Notes under the pieces: generated by a model
What the model was told of the DNA's origin: nothing
Databases searched by the model: none
The model's input: the letters and a program-made list of their open reading frames with translations, nothing else
Position numbers and translations under genes: made by a program
Shown: positions 15,616 through 23,318 of the stretch, one piece after another
How positions within the stretch are numbered: the stretch's first letter is position 1
How the letters are laid out: each line of letters starts with the position of its first letter
Assembly (NCBI GenBank): GCA_016839815.1
Contig: JAEOTM010000114.1
Coordinates: 1 to 23,453, forward strand
DNA from: Candidatus Hodarchaeota archaeon
Lineage (GTDB): Archaea; Asgardarchaeota; Heimdallarchaeia; Hodarchaeales; Hodarchaeaceae
Direction: 5' to 3'
Length of the DNA stretch: 23,453 nucleotides

Positions 15616-17115
15616 TTGGAGGTGCGAAAGTTATTAACAATTGGTCGCGTAATTGCGACATCCACAACTCCTAATTTAGAAAAAATTGATCTCATACTCA
15701 ATAAAACAGATGAAAATCAGATTGAAAAAGGTCAATTTATTAGCATTGAAGAAAAACATGGAAGAACTGTTATTGGCCTAATTACTAGTATTAAGAAGCA
15801 CAATGCATACTTTGAAACCCATCAGGCTAGTGTTCAAGAGAATGTTTCAAGAGATTTCGATTCCATATTTCCAATAGACGAGTGGGAAGTTATCTTGGCT
15901 GAGGTAAAACCTCTGGGAGAATTCCAAAAAAGTCACAATATAATAAAACGAATAAAATTTCCTGTGTCTCCTGGAACCAAAGCTACTCTTGCTTCTCCAT
16001 CTCTTATATCTCGATTATTGGGATTTAAGGATAAAGGGTTATTTTTAGGATATATTTTCCAAAATAATGTAAAAGTTAAGATCGATGTGTCTAGATTATT
16101 ACGAAAACACATTGCTATATTAGCTATATCAGGAGCAGGAAAATCTTACGCAGCTTCTATACTTTTAGAGGAACTACATCAATCAGAAAGCATTAGTGTA
16201 CTTCTTATTGATCCCCATGGTGAGTACGGCCCGTTAATATCTAGTTGGGATAATTCAGATAAGATAGAGATTATTAAGGGATCATACTTATCGATTTGTG
16301 TACCAGAATTAACAGCAAGAGAGATTAGCGAATTCATTCCTGAAATTTCACCTGTTCAAACCCGTATTTTAGAAAAAGCTCTAATGGAAATTCGAAAAGA
16401 AAGCCAGCTATATGGTCTCAATGATATAATTAAATGGGTAGATTCTTCTGAAAATGTCAATACAAGAACGAAAGAAGCGTTAATCGGTTGGTTGCATAGT
16501 TTATCTAAAACATATTTATTTTCTTCCAAAAGTGATCTAAATTTCGAAAAACTAATGGAACCCGGAAAAATAGTTGTCTTGGATCTTGCGGATATTACTA
16601 GTATACGAAGTCGAAGAATGCTAACACATTATTTTCTTAAAAATCTTTATCGACTAAGAACGAAAAAGAAAATCCCTCCGATCGTATTTGTTATTGAGGA
16701 AGCACACCAATTTTGCTCCCAGAATTCTGCATCTATTTCAAAATGGATTATTGAGACAATTGCTCGAGAGGGGAGGAAATTTTATGCTTCTTTATGTTTG
16801 ATATCTCAGCGTCCTGTTAATTTGTCAGTAACAGCACTCTCCCAATGTAATACACACCTAATATTACGAATTCGAAATCCATACGACCTAGACTTTATCG
16901 GGAGAACTTCCGAAAGTATAGATAGACCTTCTTTAAACTTTCTTCCCAGTTTAAATATTGGAGAAGCTCTCTTAGTCGGAGAGGCAATTAATTTTCCAAC
17001 ATTTTTTCAAATTAGAGAAAGAAAACTTTCCATTAACGAAATAAACCCAGATTTCGAATCCATGGCTAAGAATTATGCAAAAAAGTGGAATGTGCGAAAA
17101 GACAGAAATAAATGA
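15616..17115 (+). CDS. herA: HerA-type hexameric ATPase/helicase (HAS-barrel + FtsK/HerA P-loop, DUF87)
   Basis: 499 aa. The N-terminal IGRVIATSTT...GQFISIEEKHGRTVIGLITSI looks like a HAS barrel. Walker A is AILAISGAGKSYAAS, Walker B is IVFVIEEAHQF, and LISQRP is present. The start is preceded by a ggagg-like sequence. Confidence 0.8.
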   Translation: MEVRKLLTIGRVIATSTTPNLEKIDLILNKTDENQIEKGQFISIEEKHGRTVIGLITSIKKHNAYFETHQASVQENVSRDFDSIFPIDEWEVILAEVKPLGEFQKSHNIIKRIKFPVSPGTKATLASPSLISRLLGFKDKGLFLGYIFQNNVKVKIDVSRLLRKHIAILAISGAGKSYAASILLEELHQSESISVLLIDPHGEYGPLISSWDNSDKIEIIKGSYLSICVPELTAREISEFIPEISPVQTRILEKALMEIRKESQLYGLNDIIKWVDSSENVNTRTKEALIGWLHSLSKTYLFSSKSDLNFEKLMEPGKIVVLDLADITSIRSRRMLTHYFLKNLYRLRTKKKIPPIVFVIEEAHQFCSQNSASISKWIIETIAREGRKFYASLCLISQRPVNLSVTALSQCNTHLILRIRNPYDLDFIGRTSESIDRPSLNFLPSLNIGEALLVGEAINFPTFFQIRERKLSINEINPDFESMAKNYAKKWNVRKDRNK

Positions 17116-17246
17116 GTCTTGGGATCTTCATTTTAATGTGATTGGTTAAATTTCCTTGAATTATAAGAATGAGCAACTTGTTTAAATATGTCCATTTAAA
17201 AAGCCTTGAATAGTCAAACTTATCCACAGTTTTTGAGATATGATAT

Positions 17247-17375
17247 ATGGCTCTCATCAATTGGTATTACGCAACATTTATTGCAAGTCTATTAGCTTTT
17301 GCTTCGTTAGGACTCATCATACTGTATTTACTATTTTATCGTGAGGATGAGTACGAAGAGGAAGACTTAGATTAG
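17247..17375 (+). CDS. Possible 42 aa single-pass membrane peptide with acidic tail
   Basis: Hand translation gives MALINWYYATFIASLLAFASLGLIILYLLFYREDEYEEEDLD*: one clean TM helix plus a charged tail. It is below the ORF-track cutoff. No SD was seen, and AT-rich DNA can produce hydrophobic ORFs by chance. Confidence 0.25.
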   Translation: MALINWYYATFIASLLAFASLGLIILYLLFYREDEYEEEDLD

Positions 17376-17433
17376 AATTAATTCCCTCTTAGGGTTATTT
17401 TTCTTTACTTTTCTAGTTTCTTAAAAGTCTTTT

Positions 17434-18114
17434 TTATATATTTCTCAGTGGTTCAATTATATCTGTTAAAAAATCGTAGGGATCGTGCTGAGCGGAATAT
17501 GGGATTTCTAAAACGAATCCTCTCACTTTTTGTTTTAATCCCTTCTTGATGTCGATCTTTCCATTTATACCAACAGCAGAAAATACGGAAACTTTTGGAT
17601 TTTCTATGTTTATTCGTTTAACATGATTTTCTATCATTTCAGGAGGGAGTTTGGAAAGAACAGACTCTTCAGGTCCTTGATGGGGTGAGGAAATTGCTAT
17701 AGCATTGGGGTCAAATTTTGACAATGCGGCACTAATAGCCACGTTCGATGAGTAAACCAGTGTATAAAGCCGATTTGTTCTCGAATCTCTGATATACTTC
17801 TCCAAGTAAATCAAAGGTACTAAATCATCTTTAATTATAAGTCCTTTGATGTTAAGAGACTTATAGAAAGCAATAGAGTCACGATAATAACTCTGATGAT
17901 TTCCAATATGATGATAGAATTGCGAGAAAAACGGAATATTGAATTTATCATGAAATTTAATCAGAAAGGGGAAAGGAGGACACAATCCAATCTTAATACT
18001 TGTTTCACTCGAAATCTTTTCAGTTATCTTAGCGATTTTTATTCCTTGTCCCTCAAAAAGACCTTTATAATTAGTACAATCCAATATTAGTCGAGGTTCA
18101 TCTTTAAATGTCAT
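17434..18114 (-). CDS. Triosephosphate isomerase-like protein (archaeal short TIM type) with catalytic His/Glu motifs not conserved
   Basis: 226 aa, the length of archaeal TIMs. It is collinear with my recollection of M. jannaschii and P. woesei TIM: IKIAKITEKISSETSIKIGLCPP vs LEIAKIAEKVSEESGITIGVAPQ, and NPKVSVFSAVGINGKIDIKKGL vs DVKVLCGAGISKGEDVKAAL. However, NHSE is replaced by KDDL, EPPELIGTG by SSPHQGPEE, and LLASGV by VLEIPY. Confidence 0.6.
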   Translation of the reverse strand: MTFKDEPRLILDCTNYKGLFEGQGIKIAKITEKISSETSIKIGLCPPFPFLIKFHDKFNIPFFSQFYHHIGNHQSYYRDSIAFYKSLNIKGLIIKDDLVPLIYLEKYIRDSRTNRLYTLVYSSNVAISAALSKFDPNAIAISSPHQGPEESVLSKLPPEMIENHVKRINIENPKVSVFSAVGINGKIDIKKGLKQKVRGFVLEIPYSAQHDPYDFLTDIIEPLRNI

Positions 18115-18480
18115 TATTTCAAAAGCTCCGAGTTTTAATGTAAGTATTTATTGCTAGTATCCCAATGATTAAAAATTTCTCATTATTGATTTAAAATTTT
18201 CCCGATTCTGCTCAATGAAATGATTTAAAATTATTGAAAACTGTTGGACTGATAGCCAATATTGATTGAAGTTTGGCATTCTATATTCTATCAGAGTTGT
18301 TTTTGTTAGCAGTTTTTTACTTACTAGCCTCTTGAATTAAGAATCAAAAATTTGATTGGTTATCAACCTCCAAAATGCAAATAGAGTTAGATCTTTGGCC
18401 TTACATAACTCTTAAAGATTGTGTCTATTCTCGTCCAATTATACTGCTTTATAGCTATAAATATAAGGAGCTAATGTGGT

Positions 18481-19086
18481 TTGAGTCGTCGAGGTCGCTC
18501 ATCGCGAAGAACGGTAGACAAATGGTCTGCAAAGGAATTATACCAAATTTATAGTCCCCCAGGCTTTCTCGAAGGGGATGAAAAAATTGTTGGTGAAACA
18601 ATCGCAGATGATCCTGAAAAAATAATCGGTCGTGTCATTGAAGTTTCTCTTGCAGATCTCATCAATGATTATTCTAAAATGCATATTAAACTAAATTTTC
18701 AAATTACAGAAGTAACTGGAAATACGGCACGGACACGATTTAAAGGTCACACATTTGCTCGAGATTACCTTCGATTTTTAGTTAGAAGACGACGAACCAG
18801 AATTGATAGTATTAGTACAGTTAAAACTAAAGATGGTGTTCCTTTTAGAATTACAGCTACCGGATTTACATTACATAGGTCGAAAACCAGCAAAAAAGAT
18901 GCCATTAGGAGGGAAATGCTTAATATAGTGAAAGCACGAGCCGAAGAGCTTGACAGCTTGGAGTTTATTCGTGAAACCACTAATGGTAAATTGGGATCAC
19001 AAATTTATTTCCAATGTAAATCTATCTACCCTCTAAAAGGAGTAGAAGTACAAAAAAGTAGAATCCTAAAACCTGTTTCTACTTAA
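18481..19086 (+). CDS. rps3ae: 30S ribosomal protein eS1 (S3Ae)
   Basis: 201 aa. VDKWSAKELYQIYSPPGF...ADDPEKIIGRVIEVSLADL is typical of S3Ae. The TTG at 18481 sits 9 nt after a GGAG. An in-frame ATG at 18475 is an alternative start. Confidence 0.9.
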   Translation: MSRRGRSSRRTVDKWSAKELYQIYSPPGFLEGDEKIVGETIADDPEKIIGRVIEVSLADLINDYSKMHIKLNFQITEVTGNTARTRFKGHTFARDYLRFLVRRRRTRIDSISTVKTKDGVPFRITATGFTLHRSKTSKKDAIRREMLNIVKARAEELDSLEFIRETTNGKLGSQIYFQCKSIYPLKGVEVQKSRILKPVST

Positions 19087-19343
19087 CTCGCATCATCAAT
19101 TTTCCTAAGAATTTTTCGATTCAGCTCATACGAGTCAAGAATATCAATTATTGTTGCATTAGCTGAATTAATACTCGGTAAACCTTCAATAGTAATCTCT
19201 AAAGTATTATCAAAAAAACCTGATGTGATTTTCACAGGTGGGTTAGCAATATTATCAGGGTTTAGTGAGTCATGTATTATCTGAGCTTCCTCACTCGATT
19301 TTGTGACAAACTTGATTTTGAGATCAATTTTTTTAATTTTTAT
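19083..19343 (-). CDS. KEOPS subunit Pcc1-like small protein (start codon uncertain; coordinates assume ATA at 19343)
   Basis: Not in the ORF track. The minus-strand frame is open from 19391 to the TAA at 19085-19083. It translates as ...(I)KIKKIDLKIKFVTKSSEEAQIIHDSLNPDNIANPPVKITSGFFDNTLEITIEGLPSINSANATIIDILDSYELNRKILRKIDDAS. The beta-alpha-beta-beta-alpha pattern resembles archaeal Pcc1, and the position (downstream of recJ-like, next to S3Ae) fits the gene order I recall for other archaea (S15, RecJ/GAN, Pcc1, S3Ae). Confidence 0.45.
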   Translation of the reverse strand: MKIKKIDLKIKFVTKSSEEAQIIHDSLNPDNIANPPVKITSGFFDNTLEITIEGLPSINSANATIIDILDSYELNRKILRKIDDAS

Positions 19344-20751
19344 TGTCTTGATCCTCCAGAAGAAGAGAATTAATCTGCTCTTTGAATGAACTTAAACTGC
19401 TCTCTTGAAGAATTGCGCCTGCAGCAGCTGAATGGCCTCCCACCTCTGTTTCAAGTTGAAGGTCCTTGAATCCCTTACGTAATACTTGATCAAGCTCAAT
19501 TTGATTTTCTGAGGTATGTGCTTTACGAATACTAATTTTAACCCTACTATCATCAATTTTTGCACAGCTCAATATAGGTTTTGAGTGATATTCTTCCATA
19601 GAAGCAAGAATCGAAGTGATGGGTCCAATCATATTCTCCTCAATAGTATTTCTGCCATCAACAAAATAGAGGGCTGATAGTTCTTCGAGATTTCCATCTG
19701 AAAGAGCCCATCTTATCCCTTCTCCGATATTTTTAGAATATTCTTTCAAAATAGGTTTTATTTCAGTAAGAGCTTGATTACGATCACCCATGCATAAGGC
19801 AACTCCAATATCAGGACGTCCCATCCGCCCACAAGCGTTTAATCGGTTTGCGAATACACGTGCATCTTGTATTTGAATTTCTGATTCTCTGAGTAAATGA
19901 TAATCATGCTTATAGATTTCTTTGGGATCGATTAGATTTCGGACGATGAGCTCTGAAGCGAGTTTTTTCTTTTCTTCCTCACTTAAATCCATAATTGTGC
20001 GTCGTCCAGACTTTCCTGTTAATTTAATTCCAATATCCTCCAGAAAATAGTGTACTACGATTTCTTCATCAAATTCTTCAATGTTTAATCTCTTTAAGCT
20101 GGTGACTAAATCACGAGTTTTATCGTAAAACCATACAGACACTAAATCAGTACATAATTGCTTCTCTAAAGCGTCTTTCACAATAATCTGGTTTAAACCG
20201 ATTAATGAGGAATTTTCTCCTTGATCTTGCCGATCTCCTAGTGCACCAATTATTGCTAAATGCGCATAATTTTTATTTAGAGAATTAATATTCACTGCAA
20301 CAAAATAAGAAACTCCAGAACCGCTTATCTGATCTGATCCATCAATAGAAAAGCAATGGGGATTTATTAGGTGAATATTCTCTGCTAAATTGCATTCACT
20401 TGCTAAGGAATGATGATCCAAAATGAAAATTTGAACCGATGGATCCCATGATGAAAAGGACTCTATTACTCCCGATCCTAGATCACATAGAACTACAGTA
20501 GCATTCTTAGGAACAGATTCACCAATGGAGATAACTTCATTGATTTCTAGCCTCTTTAGGATTCTGAGATGATAGGGGATGTTTTCTTGTTTAAAAGCTA
20601 ATGCTAAGATTGATGCTCCCGAAAGCCCATCTGGATCAAAATGTGAAAAAATATAGATAGGAGTCGATAGATTTCTCTGTACTATTCTCTCTGCAGCCTT
20701 TTTACAAGCAGTTAAGAATTCTTGATATTCCTCCTTCATAGTTGGATCCAA
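19333..20751 (-). CDS. recJ: DHH/DHHA1 phosphoesterase, archaeal RecJ/Cdc45 (GAN)-like
   Basis: 472 aa. FSHFDPDGLSGASIL (DHH motifs I-II), IFILDHHS (DHH motif) and GGHSAAAGA (DHHA1 GGH motif). The track start is a TTG at 20751. An ATG at 20739 is an alternative. Confidence 0.8.
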   Translation of the reverse strand: MDPTMKEEYQEFLTACKKAAERIVQRNLSTPIYIFSHFDPDGLSGASILALAFKQENIPYHLRILKRLEINEVISIGESVPKNATVVLCDLGSGVIESFSSWDPSVQIFILDHHSLASECNLAENIHLINPHCFSIDGSDQISGSGVSYFVAVNINSLNKNYAHLAIIGALGDRQDQGENSSLIGLNQIIVKDALEKQLCTDLVSVWFYDKTRDLVTSLKRLNIEEFDEEIVVHYFLEDIGIKLTGKSGRRTIMDLSEEEKKKLASELIVRNLIDPKEIYKHDYHLLRESEIQIQDARVFANRLNACGRMGRPDIGVALCMGDRNQALTEIKPILKEYSKNIGEGIRWALSDGNLEELSALYFVDGRNTIEENMIGPITSILASMEEYHSKPILSCAKIDDSRVKISIRKAHTSENQIELDQVLRKGFKDLQLETEVGGHSAAAGAILQESSLSSFKEQINSLLLEDQDNKN

Positions 20752-20833
20752 CCAGATTGTTACAGGAAAGAATAAATCATCCTGTTATTAGAAGACTGAT
20801 TAGTAGCTGCTACTCAATCCTCGTAAAAGAAGT

Positions 20834-21757
20834 TTATATCATCCCTTTATCTATTAAGGTTCGAAATTCTTCAAAAGATAACTTTCTCCCCTCATCAAAT
20901 TTCTTCTTTGCGTCTTCAGTTTTTTCCTTAATTTTTTCCCGTCTCTCTGCATCTTGCTGTTGACGCATATTCTGTTTATTTTTGCTAATATTCTGCCTAG
21001 TTTTATTTATCTCTCGAATATGAGTTAGATATTCGTTGTGTATTAAGTTTGCTTGCTCTTTGGCATCTAAGAAGCGTGCATGTAATTCATCTGCTTGCTT
21101 TCTTAAGACATCAGCATTCTTGAAGGCTTGAATCATAGTTTTATGATGAAAACGACTTTCATGGGCTTGATTCCTGAGATCCCGATCTAACCCTCTCATT
21201 TTTCCTTTTAATCCTCTTATTCTATTTGAAACTGTTTGTAAATCCCGTGATAGAACATCTGATTCGCGAACTTCTCTGAATCTTGACTCTAAACGCTCAA
21301 TCTGATCAACAATATCTCTTTCATCATTAATTGATAAGTTCGAGGTCGTTTGAAGCTTCCATTCGAGATCCTGGATCTGTTTTCTGATTCTTTTTGCAGA
21401 AAAATTATGTCGATGTCTGGTTTGAGATTTTTTCTCTTGAGCATTTTCAAGCTGTTCTTCTAACCGTTTGATTTGTTCATCAAATCCTTCAATCTCCTTT
21501 ATTAAGGCATTTTTCTTCTCCTTAATCTCGGAAATTGATTGATTGCATTGATCGCGTTTATCCCTTTCTTCTTTTGCTGTTTGAATCAATTCTTGTACTT
21601 GTTCATTTAATTGATTTCTTTTATTGGCAATGGTTGTAACCTTTCTATTCAGTTCTTCTCTTTGTTGCTTAATGTCACGAGCATTTGATTCAATGTTCGA
21701 GATTTTTAGAAGTAGAGTTTCGATATCCTGTTTTGCCAAGGGAGAACCTTCGTTCAA
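20834..21757 (-). CDS. Archaeal coiled-coil protein (COG1340-like), function unknown
   Basis: 307 aa, almost entirely heptad-like and rich in charged residues and Gln (REELNRKV...NQLNEQVQELIQTAKEERDKR...). It ends with a short globular-looking KLSFEEFRTLIDKGMI. It lies between rps15 and the recJ-like gene on the same strand. Confidence 0.6.
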   Translation of the reverse strand: MNEGSPLAKQDIETLLLKISNIESNARDIKQQREELNRKVTTIANKRNQLNEQVQELIQTAKEERDKRDQCNQSISEIKEKKNALIKEIEGFDEQIKRLEEQLENAQEKKSQTRHRHNFSAKRIRKQIQDLEWKLQTTSNLSINDERDIVDQIERLESRFREVRESDVLSRDLQTVSNRIRGLKGKMRGLDRDLRNQAHESRFHHKTMIQAFKNADVLRKQADELHARFLDAKEQANLIHNEYLTHIREINKTRQNISKNKQNMRQQQDAERREKIKEKTEDAKKKFDEGRKLSFEEFRTLIDKGMI

Positions 21758-21849
21758 TTCGAGTACGTTTACTGATTATAACTTATTTTTGGATTTTGAT
21801 AAATAGATCAAATTAGGAACTTGCCTAATTTTGCATTTTTTATCCGTTT

Positions 21850-22308
21850 CTAACGAAGATATAGAGTTGCTTGAGAAGGTTCATACTTAAATTCTTGTTC
21901 AAAGACTCCGGTTTTTCTATAATACTTTACTAACCTTCTGATTTTTGATTCAATTAATTGTAAACCACGGCGAGAACTTTTGTCTTTCTTATTTCCACTT
22001 TCCAAATGCTTGCGGAGGTTTAATGCACGACGTACAAGATTTAAGAAATCTTCTGGCATCTTTGGTCCTAAATTATTTTCACTCATTATTGATGTAATTG
22101 ATTTAGAACATATTTTCTTTACGCTAGGAACCGCATACTCATCCCTAAGAATCAATCCAATCTGAGCAGAACTTAATCCCTCTTTTGCTTTCTCGACAAC
22201 AAGGTCTTCAATCTCTTCTGCAGAATATGGAATCCACTCGGGTGTTTTTCTCCAGATAGGTCTTGTAGATCCGCTTTTACCTTTTCTCCTTGCGTGCATT
22301 CTAGCCAT
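21850..22308 (-). CDS. rps15: 30S ribosomal protein uS15 (S13e type)
   Basis: 152 aa. [17 protein letters not shown]...PEW and [14 protein letters not shown]...[29 protein letters not shown] are typical. Confidence 0.9.
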   Translation of the reverse strand: MARMHARRKGKSGSTRPIWRKTPEWIPYSAEEIEDLVVEKAKEGLSSAQIGLILRDEYAVPSVKKICSKSITSIMSENNLGPKMPEDFLNLVRRALNLRKHLESGNKKDKSSRRGLQLIESKIRRLVKYYRKTGVFEQEFKYEPSQATLYLR

Positions 22309-22555
22309 TTATATCTCCACTAGACGATTATTGTGATAACTTGACTTCAAAGCCGTCCTAATCATTTTATGCGGATTAGCAGTCAATCTGAGGAGATCTA
22401 ATTTAATTGATAAACCTTCTTTCTTAACCCAAATTCTCATCACGAATTCAGAGGATGTACAGAAACTAAATAAATCTCATCTGCTCTTCTCTTTCAAATA
22501 AAAATTAAGCATATCATTTTTATTTAAATTCTCCAGCCTAGTCCTTGAAATAAAG

Positions 22556-23272
22556 ATGTTTAAAATCTCCAATATTTCGCTCTCCTCGTTTGAAGAATTA
22601 TGTTTTCTCCTTGACAGAGGGTATGCTAAGAAAAGTGCACTAAATATTGTATCAAATCGTTATAATTATTCTGAAAACGAACGATCTGTTTTAAATCGCA
22701 TCACTATGCCTCTAAATTATGTCGAAAGGATTAACAAATCTAGAATTATTGATCCATCCAAATTGGAAAATAAAATTCTTAGTATTGATACGTATAATCA
22801 ATTTACAACATTTCAATCGATTCTTAACAATGAACCTATCCTTCTTTGTCGTGATAAAATAATCAGAGATATTTTTTCTTTAATACACACAAAGAATGAT
22901 CTCCAGTTTCTCCAAGAACCGATTGAAAAGTATATATTGAGTATCTATACCTTGAAACCCAGTTATTCCTACTTCTACTTCGATCAACAACGTAGTATGA
23001 GTGGAGTTCATAGTTCCCTATTTCGAGCCACTTTAGAGAAATTCAAGCTTTCAGGTGAATGTATTGTTACAAAATCAGTTGATCATGCTTTAAAAGCACG
23101 ATCTGATAGCATTACATTTACACATGATTCCATAATACTAAATAATGTTCCAGCAAGCTTTGATTTCATTGATTGGTATATAAAGACAAATAAATTGAAA
23201 TCAAAAATCATAGATCGATTTTTTAAGTTTTCAATTCAAACTAGAAGATCATTCGAGTTAGAAAATTATTAA
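22556..23272 (+). CDS. DUF434-like protein with C-terminal PIN/NYN-like region (hypothetical)
   Basis: 238 aa. The N-terminal LLDRGYAKKSALNIVSNRYNYSENERSVLNR resembles the DUF434 signature (RGY..K.AL..V...Y.L...ER..L.R). The following ILSIDTYNQFTTFQSIL...LLCRDKIIRD resembles the IDGYNV...DG..RD pattern of the domain usually fused to it. Assignment is from memory only. Confidence 0.45.
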   Translation: MFKISNISLSSFEELCFLLDRGYAKKSALNIVSNRYNYSENERSVLNRITMPLNYVERINKSRIIDPSKLENKILSIDTYNQFTTFQSILNNEPILLCRDKIIRDIFSLIHTKNDLQFLQEPIEKYILSIYTLKPSYSYFYFDQQRSMSGVHSSLFRATLEKFKLSGECIVTKSVDHALKARSDSITFTHDSIILNNVPASFDFIDWYIKTNKLKSKIIDRFFKFSIQTRRSFELENY

Positions 23273-23318
23273 AATATCTCAATCTTTCTGATAAAATGAG
23301 TCTTAAAGGAAAAATAAT

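Noticed and set aside
17066-17260. 64 aa minus-strand ORF overlapping the herA 3' end
   Set aside because: It overlaps herA and the candidate micro-ORF, and it is an AT-rich low-complexity translation with no motif.
17896-18980. ORFs 17896-18090 (+) and 18765-18980 (-) antisense to the TIM-like gene and rps3ae
   Set aside because: They are mirror-frame ORFs inside supported genes.
19333-19391. Programmed frameshift fusing the recJ-like C-terminus to the Pcc1-like frame
   Set aside because: The Pcc1-like frame is open for 21 codons upstream into recJ, and A-runs are present. However, I see no recognised slippery heptamer plus stimulatory structure, and I know of no RecJ-Pcc1 fusion. Non-canonical initiation or a sequencing error is a simpler explanation.
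20742-22165. ORFs 20742-20963 (+), 21624-21806 (+), 21980-22165 (+)
   Set aside because: They are antisense to the recJ-like 5' end/coiled-coil 3' end, the coiled-coil 5' end, and rps15. No motifs were recognised.
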